DNA of 64,000 nucleotides from Patescibacteria group bacterium (GTDB taxonomy: Bacteria; Patescibacteriota; Gracilibacteria; UBA1369; PNNO01), in assembly GCA_042568575.1 (NCBI GenBank), contig JBHPIO010000004.1, positions 1-64,000 of the forward strand, read 5' to 3'. The first letter of the stretch is position 1, and each line of letters starts with the position of its first letter. Below the pieces are notes generated by a model, which worked only from the letters and a program-made list of their open reading frames with translations, had not been told where the DNA came from and searched no databases. This document shows, piece after piece, positions 41,689 through 51,700 of this stretch. The translations under genes were made by a program, and so were the position numbers.

Positions 41689-43218
41689 CTATTTGGCAAA
41701 GTCCACAGCACGAGTTCTTCGAATAACATTCACTTTGATTTTTCCTGGATAGCTTAATTTGTTTTCAATTTTTTCAGCAATTCCTTCTGCAAGGTCATCC
41801 ATTTTTTCATCTGTAACTTCTTCAGGCGAAACCATAACACGCACTTCACGACCCGCTGATATTGCAAAAGTTTTCTGAACCCCTTCAAAAGAAGTGGCTA
41901 TTTCTTCAAGACCACGCAAACGCTCAAGATAGCGCTCTAGAGATTCTTGCCTTGCTCCTGGGCGTCCTGCCGAGATTGCATCCGCAGCCATCACAAGTCT
42001 TGCTTCCGGAGTTTCTGGAGTTGCAGCTTCATGGTGAGTCCACGCAGCATGTATTTCTGCTTCTGAAAATTTAAATTTAGTCATAATCTCACGTGTAAGC
42101 ACGTCGTGAGAACCTTCCATATGTTGATCAATCGCCTTTCCAATATCGTGGAAGAATGCGGCTATTTTTGCTGTTTCTACATCAAGTCCAAGTTCGCTCG
42201 CAAGCAACTCAGCCATGTATGCAACTTCAAATGAATGAAGAAGGATATTTTGACCATAACTCGTTCTATATTTAAGTCGTCCAATAATTTTCAATAAATC
42301 TGACGGGAATTTACGTTTGAATCTCATCTTTTTAACAGCCTTTTCTCCAACACTCAAAAGATCCTGACTCAAAATTTTCTTTGCAGAATCAATCGAATCT
42401 CGAATCGCCTTTTCATCAACACGTCTAAGTTTAACCAGCTTCTCAAGCGCAATTCGTGCCACATTTTTCTTAAGAAGATCAAAGGTCGAAACCACAATTG
42501 TATTTGGTTCGTCATTAAAAATTACATCGACGTTCATAAGCTCCTCGAAAAGTAGAATGTTTTTCGCGTTTGGCCCTACGATTCGCGCTTTTGCATCATC
42601 GTGTTTTACAACTATTTTTGCCTCTTTTTTCTCTACAGATGTTCTATCGGTAAATTTTTGAAGTGCACCTTTGATGATATTTTTAGCAGATTTTTCTGCT
42701 TGTTCTTTTGCATGGTCGATTATCTTTTTTGCCTGCTCTGCTGTGTCTTCTTTTAGCTCTCTTTCAAATTGGTCAACCAGCTTGTCGGTAATCTCTTTAA
42801 TGGTTACCCCAACTCTTGAGGCAAGTCTTTGCTTAAGCAAACCCTCACGCTCTTGTTGCTTAAGGCCTGACTTGGAAACTTCTTCTTCAACCTGCTCAAT
42901 AAATTCCCGATATTGCTTATTTTTGTTCTTTTTCTTTGCGTAAGTATCTTCTTTAAATTTAAGGTTTTTTTCGATCGTGTTGATAAGTGTTTTCATCTGC
43001 TTAAGCATGCCTTCTGTCGACTCTTTAACATTAAAGGCATTTTCTTCCGCATCCTTGTTAATTTTCTCCGCCTCCTCTTTACTCTTTGCAAGCATTTTTT
43101 CGCTTTTCTCCTTAGTTTTATCCAGATCGATAAATTTCAGTTTTCGAAAAACAGCTTGGCTCACAATGCCGCCAAGGAGCATAGCTCCCGCTATTATTAA
43201 TATATTAGTTAAGGTCAT
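41689..43218 (-). CDS. rny: ribonuclease Y
   Basis: N-terminal TM, coiled coil, KH-like domain, RTSYGQN..HS.EVA, HDIGK, ADAISAGRPGAR, AGREVRV, YPGKIKV. Confidence 0.93.
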   Translation of the reverse strand: MTLTNILIIAGAMLLGGIVSQAVFRKLKFIDLDKTKEKSEKMLAKSKEEAEKINKDAEENAFNVKESTEGMLKQMKTLINTIEKNLKFKEDTYAKKKNKNKQYREFIEQVEEEVSKSGLKQQEREGLLKQRLASRVGVTIKEITDKLVDQFERELKEDTAEQAKKIIDHAKEQAEKSAKNIIKGALQKFTDRTSVEKKEAKIVVKHDDAKARIVGPNAKNILLFEELMNVDVIFNDEPNTIVVSTFDLLKKNVARIALEKLVKLRRVDEKAIRDSIDSAKKILSQDLLSVGEKAVKKMRFKRKFPSDLLKIIGRLKYRTSYGQNILLHSFEVAYMAELLASELGLDVETAKIAAFFHDIGKAIDQHMEGSHDVLTREIMTKFKFSEAEIHAAWTHHEAATPETPEARLVMAADAISAGRPGARQESLERYLERLRGLEEIATSFEGVQKTFAISAGREVRVMVSPEEVTDEKMDDLAEGIAEKIENKLSYPGKIKVNVIRRTRAVDFAK

Positions 43219-43282
43219 AATTATTATTAATTCGTCTGGATGATATTGTACATCAAGTAGGCAAAAGTATAAATCTTTTGTT

Positions 43283-43693
43283 TTATGTTATGTCGATTAC
43301 TTCATATTCAACATAATCGCTTATTCCTTCAATGTCCGTTGATTCCTCTGCATCTTTCGCCCATTCTTCCAATTTTCTTCCTACTTCAACCCAAAGAGCA
43401 TGGCCACGATAAGGCAATTGTAAGTCGAAATGCCCACCGGATTCCGAGTCAAATTCCGGCATATGCATAACTTCTCCGTCCGTCTCAAGATAAGCTCTTC
43501 CAAGGCATATGAAAATCGCATCGACGATTTGCCTTTTTTTAACAGAGTAAGTGGCTATTTGTGATTCATCAACAACTCGCATAGCCTGTTCAAATTCTCT
43601 CGTAATTCCAAACAATTCTAGACTAAGCATTGTAAGCTGCGTTCTAAATCTTGCATAATCAAATTTTTTCGGTTGTGGCTCTATCTCTGACAT
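43283..43693 (-). CDS. hypothetical protein
   Basis: Acidic orphan ORF filling the gap. Confidence 0.55.
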   Translation of the reverse strand: MSEIEPQPKKFDYARFRTQLTMLSLELFGITREFEQAMRVVDESQIATYSVKKRQIVDAIFICLGRAYLETDGEVMHMPEFDSESGGHFDLQLPYRGHALWVEVGRKLEEWAKDAEESTDIEGISDYVEYEVIDIT

Positions 43694-43819
43694 CTTCAAA
43701 TATTATATAAAACAAGGGCTTAATTATAACGGTTATCCCACACCTGTCAATTTACAGATGTACATATGCCCTGATATGCTTACGATGACTTTATTCTGCG
43801 TGTTTATCTCCTAACCCAT

Positions 43820-44209
43820 ATGTTCATGGAGACTACCCTCTTTATAGCTCAGATTCTTGCTGTAGCTTTGTTCGTACTTGGGGCTAGTGTGTTTTTTAAC
43901 AGCCGGTATTACTCAAAAGTATACGGCGACATAATGAAAAACACCGCTCTGCTTTTTGTTACAAGTCTTGTAATCCTAGTTGTTAGTACCGTAATTATCC
44001 TCGTTCATAATGTTTGGGAATGGCAATGGTACGTGCTTATTACCATTGTTGGTTGGGGAGGCCTTGTTAAGGCGTTCTTGCTTCTTATTTTTCCAAAGCA
44101 GACAGTGAAAATGTTTGGCGGAATGGTTAAAAGCAAAATGTTACTCATGTTTGGCGGATTAGTTGCAGTTGTAATCGGTGTTATACTTGGATACTTTTCG
44201 TTTCTTTAA
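43820..44209 (+). CDS. 4-TM membrane protein (paralog A)
   Basis: HNVWEWQWYVLITIVGW..LVK motif. Confidence 0.8.
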   Translation: MFMETTLFIAQILAVALFVLGASVFFNSRYYSKVYGDIMKNTALLFVTSLVILVVSTVIILVHNVWEWQWYVLITIVGWGGLVKAFLLLIFPKQTVKMFGGMVKSKMLLMFGGLVAVVIGVILGYFSFL

Positions 44210-44827
44210 ATGAAATTTAAAACAGCTCGTCAAAAAAAATTTGTGAATATTGCAAAATATTTAATCCTGATTTTGGCGGGCTGGTTTTTTGTTCATTCCA
44301 CAATTATCATCATTGATGGCTTAAACGACAACATAAATCAAGCGGACACAATTGTAATTTTCGGAAATAAAGTTGAGACAAACGGACTTCCCTCTGCAAG
44401 GCTTCAAAGTAGATTGGTTAAGGGGATTGAATTATACGATCAAAATTATGCACCTATCATTATTGTTAGTGGCGGTTTTGGGAAAGAAGGGTTTGATGAG
44501 GCCACAGTTATGAAAGACTATTTGTCGGATAATGGTGTTCCGGAAGAAAATATTATTGTAGATAGCGATGGAAACAACACTTATCAAACAGCAAAAAATG
44601 TAAAAAGAATAATGGAAACCCAAAATATGACCTCAGTAATTATAGTTACTCAGTATTACCATGTCGCGCGCGCAAGGTTGGCATTTAAAAAGTTTGGAAT
44701 CGAAAATGTTTATTCGGCACATGCGCTTATGCCTCCTGAGCTGCGGGATCCTTATTCGATTTTTAGAGAATTTGTAGGGTATTACGCTTATCTGTTTAAA
44801 AATTATGACGACACCACAGGAACGTAG
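44210..44827 (+). CDS. YdcF/DUF218 (SanA/ElyC-like) protein
   Basis: IVIFG, RL, IVSGG, EA.VM, NTYQTA, VTQYYH..RA, RE. Confidence 0.88.
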   Translation: MKFKTARQKKFVNIAKYLILILAGWFFVHSTIIIIDGLNDNINQADTIVIFGNKVETNGLPSARLQSRLVKGIELYDQNYAPIIIVSGGFGKEGFDEATVMKDYLSDNGVPEENIIVDSDGNNTYQTAKNVKRIMETQNMTSVIIVTQYYHVARARLAFKKFGIENVYSAHALMPPELRDPYSIFREFVGYYAYLFKNYDDTTGT

Positions 44828-44901
44828 GCTTCCTTCACAGAAAATAAAAGGTGTGATACCATTTAACAAATATACCAAGCCATATTATTAACCTTAATTA
44901 T

Positions 44902-45285
44902 ATGGAGCTTTCTATCCTCGTTGCCAAGCTTTACGGTGCTGTGTGTTTAGCGCTCGGTCTTGGTCTCCTTTTCAATGCGGGCTATTACAAAAAAGCCTTC
45001 GGCGACATGCTGAAAAGCAAAGCTTACGTCTTTATGGGCGGTGCTTTTGCGCTTGTAGTAGGTCTTTTACTCGTTATGTATCACAATGTCTGGGAATGGC
45101 AATGGTACGTTATTATCACCATCATTGGTTGGATAGCACTTGTAAAAGGTGTTTTGCTTCTTGTTTTCCCAAAGTTCGCAAACATGTTTGACTCTTGGTT
45201 CAAAAACAACAGCTTCCTTATGGTTATGGGAGTTGGATCGTTGATTCTGGGAGGCGTACTCACTTATTTCGGGTGGTTCGCGTAA
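44902..45285 (+). CDS. 4-TM membrane protein (paralog B)
   Basis: HNVWEWQWYVIITIIGW..LVK motif. Confidence 0.8.
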   Translation: MELSILVAKLYGAVCLALGLGLLFNAGYYKKAFGDMLKSKAYVFMGGAFALVVGLLLVMYHNVWEWQWYVIITIIGWIALVKGVLLLVFPKFANMFDSWFKNNSFLMVMGVGSLILGGVLTYFGWFA

Positions 45286-45308
45286 ATTCTGATTGATATG
45301 AAAATCAA

Positions 45309-45343
45309 GCCGGCACTTCTTTCTAGAGGGGTGTCGGTTTTTT
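45309..45343 (+). terminator. intrinsic terminator
   Basis: GCCGGCACTTCT/AGAGGGGTGTCGGT hairpin with GU pairs plus T tract, between convergent genes. Confidence 0.6.
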
Positions 45344-46076
45344 AGACAGCAATCTCATATTGTAGCTCTATAACTTTCTCAAAATCTTCAAAAGTTCCGG
45401 GTCTTGTACATACTTGTTCTAAGAATTCTGCAGCCTCTGGCTTAAAACCTATCGCTTCAAACACTTCTTTTCTCGCAATATTCGCCAGAGTTGAACACTC
45501 AACAATATCTTGTACCGCCATTATTGCTCGCTGACCTTGCGCACCATCAAGTTCCTTCTTTAACCCTACCAACCTCTGAAATTCTACTGGATCGTCAACA
45601 CCTAAAGCCGTTAAATCAATCTCGATTATCGGCAATTCCGGAAGCTCTCCAGATGAAGGCTGAATCAAAGCTGCCTGAGTTGTTTGTTCGAATATTTTCG
45701 CAGCAATAAGATTACTCAGATGGCGTCCTGTTGCCTCGGGATATTTGTTGCGTCCTATGGTGACAATATCTCTGTCTTGAGGCCCATACATTTTTATGGC
45801 GCTATGAAAATTTTCTAGTACCTCTATGTCACCGTCGCTTTCGATAAACTCTCGAGCTACTGCTTCAGCCAATTTGATGAGCTCCTGCTCGATCGCATAG
45901 TCAATTAACTCAGCCTCGCTCATGTCCTCCGCCCCTGGCACTTCTTGATACTTCTCTCTCAAATCAGAAGCCTTTTCTCCAACATCCATACTTTTAATTT
46001 CTTCACAGCATGTGATTACTAATTCTTCCAGTCTATCGCTTAATTCAATTACAGGCATTTGTTCAGTATCGCTCAT
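45342..46076 (-). CDS. acidic hypothetical protein
   Basis: Long ORF; start moved to MSDT. Confidence 0.6.
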   Translation of the reverse strand: MSDTEQMPVIELSDRLEELVITCCEEIKSMDVGEKASDLREKYQEVPGAEDMSEAELIDYAIEQELIKLAEAVAREFIESDGDIEVLENFHSAIKMYGPQDRDIVTIGRNKYPEATGRHLSNLIAAKIFEQTTQAALIQPSSGELPELPIIEIDLTALGVDDPVEFQRLVGLKKELDGAQGQRAIMAVQDIVECSTLANIARKEVFEAIGFKPEAAEFLEQVCTRPGTFEDFEKVIELQYEIAV

Positions 46077-46156
46077 TTTTAAATTTGTTAAAAATAGGAA
46101 GCCATTATTACCATTTTTGTAAGTTTGTGTCAAAAATTTTGGAACATTAAAGAAAG

Positions 46157-46750
46157 CTATGCAGCCTTAGTGTATACTAGCTCGGTATCATTTTCTTGAA
46201 AACCTGCTGCAATTAACTCTTCTCGGAAATCAGGTGACGCATTCCAGGAAATTAAAAATTCTCCAGAAGCAACGACCCTATGCACAGCTAAACAAACAGC
46301 TTTTATAATTTTTTTTGGTTCCAAAGTTTTGTATGTGCGAATATTTTCACGACAAAAAAGCATGGCCTGTGCAACTATAGCGCTATCTGGGGCTTGTGAT
46401 TTGAGAAATTGCAATGCGTCTTGCTTTATATATCTAACATTAGTATTTCCAATTTTCGTCTGATCAAAAGGAGGATCTTCAAATAAATCTACTCCAATAT
46501 ATTCTTTTGCTTGGCTGTCTATACAATAATCACGAAAAAGCGTACATCTTCCTGATCCTAATTCTATTATCCGTTTGTCTTTAAGACGTGCTGGAATCCC
46601 TTCGTATTTCAAAAGATTTCTAACTGTACTCCATGTGTCCATTCTAGTTTTTCCATCCAAGGATAAAGCGTTTAATCCCCCTTCGTCGCTGTCATTATAT
46701 TCCCACGCAAAACCTGGAGCTTCACCGCTATATGGATCACCATCTACCAT
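46157..46750 (-). CDS. class I SAM-dependent methyltransferase-like protein
   Basis: IIELGSG, YIGVD, QDALQFL; start moved to MVDG. Confidence 0.65.
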   Translation of the reverse strand: MVDGDPYSGEAPGFAWEYNDSDEGGLNALSLDGKTRMDTWSTVRNLLKYEGIPARLKDKRIIELGSGRCTLFRDYCIDSQAKEYIGVDLFEDPPFDQTKIGNTNVRYIKQDALQFLKSQAPDSAIVAQAMLFCRENIRTYKTLEPKKIIKAVCLAVHRVVASGEFLISWNASPDFREELIAAGFQENDTELVYTKAA

Positions 46751-46981
46751 AAAACTTATATTAACAAAAAGGTTAATAATTTGCCACAAAAACCGCGCTG
46801 TGTCAAACGACTTCCTTAAGAGGTATGGGCTGCATTGAATTATCAGCTCAAACAAGCCATTTGGTGGACCAAGGCCAAAATTTTTGGAACTCGTTTAATG
46901 AAGCGGTTGTTGAGTGGCTGCCTTTAGTGAGAAAACTTAACGAATAGTATTTAACCTTAGCAGTAAAAGATGGCGCAAGAG

Positions 46982-47010
46982 TTGACAAAGGCGCTTGGTT
47001 GCCGTATAGT
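46982..47010 (+). promoter_or_regulatory. sigma70-type promoter
   Basis: TTGACA-17 nt-TATAGT. Confidence 0.7.
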
Positions 47011-47163
47011 TGCACTTCCGCCCCTTGAAAATTTAACGACTGTTAGTTGATGAACACAAACGCCTCATTCAAGGCTTTTCAGATATGTCTGAGAGAGCTG
47101 CGAGGGGCATTTGTTCCTCGTCTGCTAATAAGACACCAAAACGTTTAATCAAAGGAGAACGAA

Positions 47164-47295
47164 ATGTGGATCCTTGAGGTTATTTTCTCGACAATAATTG
47201 TTGCCCTCACGGTGGCCGCCATAATTGTGGCGATCTGCGTCATAAGAGCCGACATGCGGATCCAACGACAATTGGCTCGAGGAGGTGGGCGATAA
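47164..47295 (+). CDS. 43-aa single-TM peptide
   Basis: AAGGAG SD 6 nt before ATG; MWILEVIFSTIIVALTVAAIIVAICVIRADMRIQRQLARGGGR*. Absent from the ORF track. Confidence 0.6.
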   Translation: MWILEVIFSTIIVALTVAAIIVAICVIRADMRIQRQLARGGGR

Positions 47296-47448
47296 CCTGT
47301 ACAACTGACTGAACTGGCAGCAACTAGCTGCAGAAAGTGTTGGTGAGTATAGCTAAAGACGAGGAAATTGGAGCGGATAGATAACTAAAAAGATCTATCC
47401 CTCCTTTTCCCATATCTAAATCTCGTTTTAAAACGAAAAGGGGTAATT

Positions 47449-47884
47449 TGGTGGAGATGCCGGGAGTCGAACCCGGGTGCAAAAACTTAAAACGAAGACG
47501 TCTACAATCGTAGTTCATTTTTGATTACGCTTCTTTAGAATAAAAAATGAACAAAAGCTCTAAAGGAGCGGTCGGTTTAAGTCTTTTGCGTTACTAAAAC
47601 CGTATAGCAACACAGCAGCCTGATGTATGGCGCCCTAATAAAATATCAGACATCAGATATTAGGACGTGGGCTTAAAAGCCCAAGGTTGAGCTATGCAAC
47701 AGTTGCAGCTAATGTAGGCTTTCCTCCGAAGAGTGAAGCGTAAAGAGCTTTCATACCGTTTGCTACTCGTTCTTTAGATTCAGCATCTAAAATGCGCTGG
47801 ACGGATATGCGGGGAGACAGCGCGATCCCCGGATTGCAATCAAACATTTTAAAAATAGTTTCTGTCGAATACCAATACATCCCC
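47449..47884 (-). ncRNA. ssrA: tmRNA
   Basis: 5' GGGGATGTATTGGTATTCGAC; 3' CCCGGGTTCGACTCCCGGCATCTCCACCA; acceptor stem with G3.U pair; internal tag frame ending LAATVA*. Confidence 0.93.
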
Positions 47885-48037
47885 CAATTTTTAAAGATCA
47901 ATTGATAACGTTGTCGTCGTATATTAATTATAGCTTATTTTAGCTGAGAGGGTAGTAAGATTGTTGTGGCGTGGCGCAAGTATGCGCACTTGCCTATCCA
48001 ATTTCCACCCACACAGCAATTCGTAATCCTTGGTTCG

Positions 48038-48229
48038 CTACTTCTTCCTTCCTTTCGTTCTGCCTTTGCCCCTACGTTTCGGGGTCTTGGCCTTGATCTT
48101 GAAACTGCCGCTGTTACGCCGAGCAGCCCGTGCAGACTTCAATGCCTCCAAGTACTCGTTCGGGTGAAGAAGTTGCTCGTGGTTATCCACCATCTCCCCG
48201 TCATATTCACAGAATCTGCATTTTGCCAT
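48038..48229 (-). CDS. small C2H2-like zinc-finger protein with basic tail
   Basis: C-x2-C-x9-H-x4-H, AAGGAG SD, K/R-rich C-terminus. Confidence 0.65.
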   Translation of the reverse strand: MAKCRFCEYDGEMVDNHEQLLHPNEYLEALKSARAARRNSGSFKIKAKTPKRRGKGRTKGRKK

Positions 48230-48243
48230 ACTGACTCCTTGAC

Positions 48244-48441
48244 TTACTGCCTGCGTGCTCCGCGACCCCTGGTCTTGAGAGCAACGGGTTGGGGAGTTGT
48301 GGTTTCGACGGACGCTTCAGTCGTCGACTCTCGAAGAGAAGTGGCGCTGTCAAGCGCCCTGTAGTGAACTTCGCGCCCTTCTATCGTATCAAAACCTTTG
48401 TGGGGTACGTCGCATCGTTCACATTGGTATTGGTTGCACAC
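48244..48441 (-). CDS. small zinc-finger-like protein
   Basis: CERC...FDTIEGREVHYR; AGGAGG SD before GTG; basic RGRG tail. Confidence 0.6.
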   Translation of the reverse strand: MCNQYQCERCDVPHKGFDTIEGREVHYRALDSATSLRESTTEASVETTTPQPVALKTRGRGARRQ

Positions 48442-48576
48442 GTGTGTCCCTCCTGCTGTGCTTGTGTGGTTCTTAACTTACTACCCTGGTTGTCAAACGA
48501 GAGCACCTGAACTTTTAGGCTTTGGCCGCTGAAAACAGCGAGCAACGCCATACAAGGTGTTCTCAAAACTAAAGTT

Positions 48577-48604
48577 ATTATAACAAGGTTTCGCCAAATG
48601 TCAA
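48577..48604 (-). promoter_or_regulatory. sigma70-type promoter with extended -10
   Basis: TTGACA-16 nt-TATAAT with TG. Confidence 0.75.
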
Positions 48605-48726
48605 CCCTCGAAGTAAAATAACTTTTACTTGTAGAACGGCTGCTAAATCAGATTGTTTCACTTCGTCGAACGGGCTCTACCCGCTCAATCAGTCGCCAAG
48701 GCTCCTTCTTCGCAGCTAGATCTAGC

Positions 48727-51700
48727 TCACTTTCTAATCTTCTGTTGTAACTTCTTTACGCTCTCTTTGAGCGCATCAAACCAATGAAGACCTAAATCCT
48801 CGATATCAATCTTTAATTTTGTCCCACTAATAAGCCATTTTGCATTGTGTTCGAGCAACTTCATAATATTTTCCGGTCTCACCGTTTTCGACATCGTAAG
48901 TACAATTTGTTTGCCCTGTGCCATGTGTAAGTTTTCCGCCTTAATGTTTAAAAGTCCGGCTTTTTTCGCTTCAATTTTCAATTCAAGAACCCTGAACAGG
49001 CTGTTAACTTCGCGTGGCATTTTCCCATATTCCTGAACCATCTCTTCATATAAATCCTGAAGATAATTTTTGTTATCAGCAGATGAAAGTTTCTGGTATG
49101 CGTTAATCTTGTCTTTTGCGTTCACGATATATCCATCAGGAATAAACGCTGTCACTGGAAGCTCAATTGAAACTTCTCGAATTTCCTCGTCATCTTTTCC
49201 AGCCGCAGCTCTTCCGGCTTTCAAGTCTTCAACAGCCTTGTTTAACATTCGTATAAAATGACTAACACCAACAACGTTGATTACACCATGCTGGTTCGCA
49301 CCCAAAATATCTCCCGCACCTCTAATCTCAAGATCCTTCATGGCAATTTGGAATCCACTTCCAAGGTCGGAAGCTTCAACAATCGCGCGTAGTCTTTTTT
49401 TCGCATCAAGTTTAAGACGTTGCCCTTGATACAAGAAATACGCATAAGCTTGCGCCTTTCCACGTCCAACACGTCCTCGCAGCTGATAAAGTTGCGCAAG
49501 TCCGAATCTTTCAGCGTTATTTACAATCAGGGTGTTTGCGTTTGATAGGTCGATTCCATTTTCAATAATTGTAGAACTCACAAGTACATCGAATCTGTGC
49601 TCTTTAAACGAGACAATTGTCTCTTCGAGATCTCCACTTCCAAGTTTTCCGTGAGCCACGCCAAATGTTGCTTCGGGTACTAATTTACGCAACTTGTCGG
49701 CCATTCCTTCGATTGTTTGAACTCGATTATGCAGAAAATAAACCTGCCCACCTCGCTCTACTTCTTTCAAAATAGCATCTCTTACTAGTCCGTTCGAAAA
49801 TCGACGAACCTCCGTAATAACAGGAAGTCTTCCTGGCGGCGCAGTTGTGATCGTCGTGATATCTCTTAGTTTATTCAAACAAATGTTAAGCGTTCGTGGA
49901 ATTGGCGTCGCTGTTAAAGTCAAAATGTCGACTTCGCTTTTGAGTTCTTTTAAGCGCTCTTTTTGCTTTACGCCAAATCGTTGCTCCTCGTCAACAATAA
50001 CAAGCCCGAGATTTTTAAAATCAACGTCCGGCTGCAAAAGTCTGTGCGTTCCAATAACAATATCCACCTCTCCTTTTGCAAGTCGTCCCAAAATTTCCTT
50101 CTGCTGTTTTTGTGTTTTAAATCGACTAAGCATCTCTATTCGAACATTAAACTCATCCATTCTTTTGGTAAATGATCGGAAATGCTGATCCGTCAAAATT
50201 GTAATTGGTGAAACAAGTGCAACTTGTTTTTTACTCTGTACGGCTTTAAACGCAGCACGCATCGCAACTTCTGTTTTACCAAAACCAACATCTCCACACA
50301 CCAACCTGTCCATAGGAGTACCCTTTTCCATGTCCTCCTTGACGTCGTTAATAGCCTTTAGCTGCCCCGGAGTCTCTTCGTAAGGGAATGTATCCTCGAA
50401 ACGCGATTGAAGATCGTTATCCTCGTTAAATGTCATTCCTTTTGCGTTCTTGCGTTTCGCATATAACATCAAAAGTTCTTTCGCAATAATTTCGGTTTCT
50501 TTTTTGACCCGACTCGTTAGGGTTGACCACTCGGCAGACCCTAGCCGCGTTAATTTCGGGGGCTGTTCGTCGGCTCCAATATATTTGTTAACTTTTTCCG
50601 CCTGATCAATTGGAACAAACAGTTTGTCATTTTCCGCGTAACCAAGTTTCAAATATTCGCGTGTAATTTCGTCGATTGTTTTTTTGTCGAGACCCATAAA
50701 TCGCGCAATTCCATGGTCTGCATGTACAACGTAATCATTCGGCTTTAGACCCGTAAGGAAGTCCAAATAAACCTTTTGATTAAACGTCTTTTTTCCTTCA
50801 TCCCTTAATGAAGAAATGTCTTTGTCTGTCAGGACGACGAGTTTCAACTCTGGATTTTGGAAGGCTCTTGGGAAAACACCCTCTTTGTCTACATCAACAA
50901 CAAATAAAAAGTGGTCGCTTTTGTTGGCGTTTTTAAGCTCCTTGAGGTCTTCGCTATGTTTAACGTTATATTCGGCCAACATATTTTTGAGCTCTTTCAT
51001 TTTTTTCGTGAAGAAAACAACGTTCCAGTTATTCCTTTGTTTTTCTCTAAGGTCGCTCATAAAGTCGTAAACACCCCTGTATTGCAAAACTGTTAAGTAG
51101 TGAAGGTGTTCGTGGTTGTCTACATCTTCATTAAAGGTTGTAAAAGTAATAGACCCTGTTTTTTGATAAGCCTCGTCAACAATCATGTTCCACGCCTCAA
51201 AGTATTCGTCGATAACATCGATTTCATCCTCGATAAGCAGGGTGTCTTTTTCAAGGTAATCAAAAAGAATTCCGGTATCTTGTTCAAAAACAAGTGGATA
51301 TATTTCGGCTTTTTTAACTTTTTTGATGGATTTCTTTCCATTCTCTTGTTCAAAAAAGTCCATTGATTCAATTTTGTCGAATGCCACTTCTATTCGAAGT
51401 GGGTAGTCAGAATTTGCCGGGAAAATTGTTAGGATTTCGCCCTTCTGATAATACATTCCCTGCTCGAGAAAGTCGCCAGGCGCAACCTCGTAATCTTTCG
51501 CAACAAAGTCCTCAATAAGTTCTATGTTTGAAATTTCCTGACCTACTTCAAGCTCGATTTTCTGTCTATCAACCTCGCGTTTCGACGGAACATTTTCTAG
51601 CAATGTTTGATATGCTGTAACAACAATCTTTTTCTTTTTATCACTAAGATTGCTTATCGTCCGGAGCGTTTCCATAAGGTGGCCTCTTTCGGAAAGGTCG

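Noticed and set aside
47324-47518. 64-aa minus-strand ORF
   Set aside because: Overlaps the tmRNA 3' end.
47692-47901. 69-aa minus-strand ORF
   Set aside because: Lies within the tmRNA; its 3' part is the tag reading frame.
47966-48364. 132-aa plus-strand ORF
   Set aside because: Antisense to two SD-led, promoter-supported zinc-finger ORFs.
48650-48720. Degenerate GATTG..CTTCGTCG..GCTCC..TCGCA REP-like repeat after mfd
   Set aside because: Single, decayed copy in the window; too weak to call.
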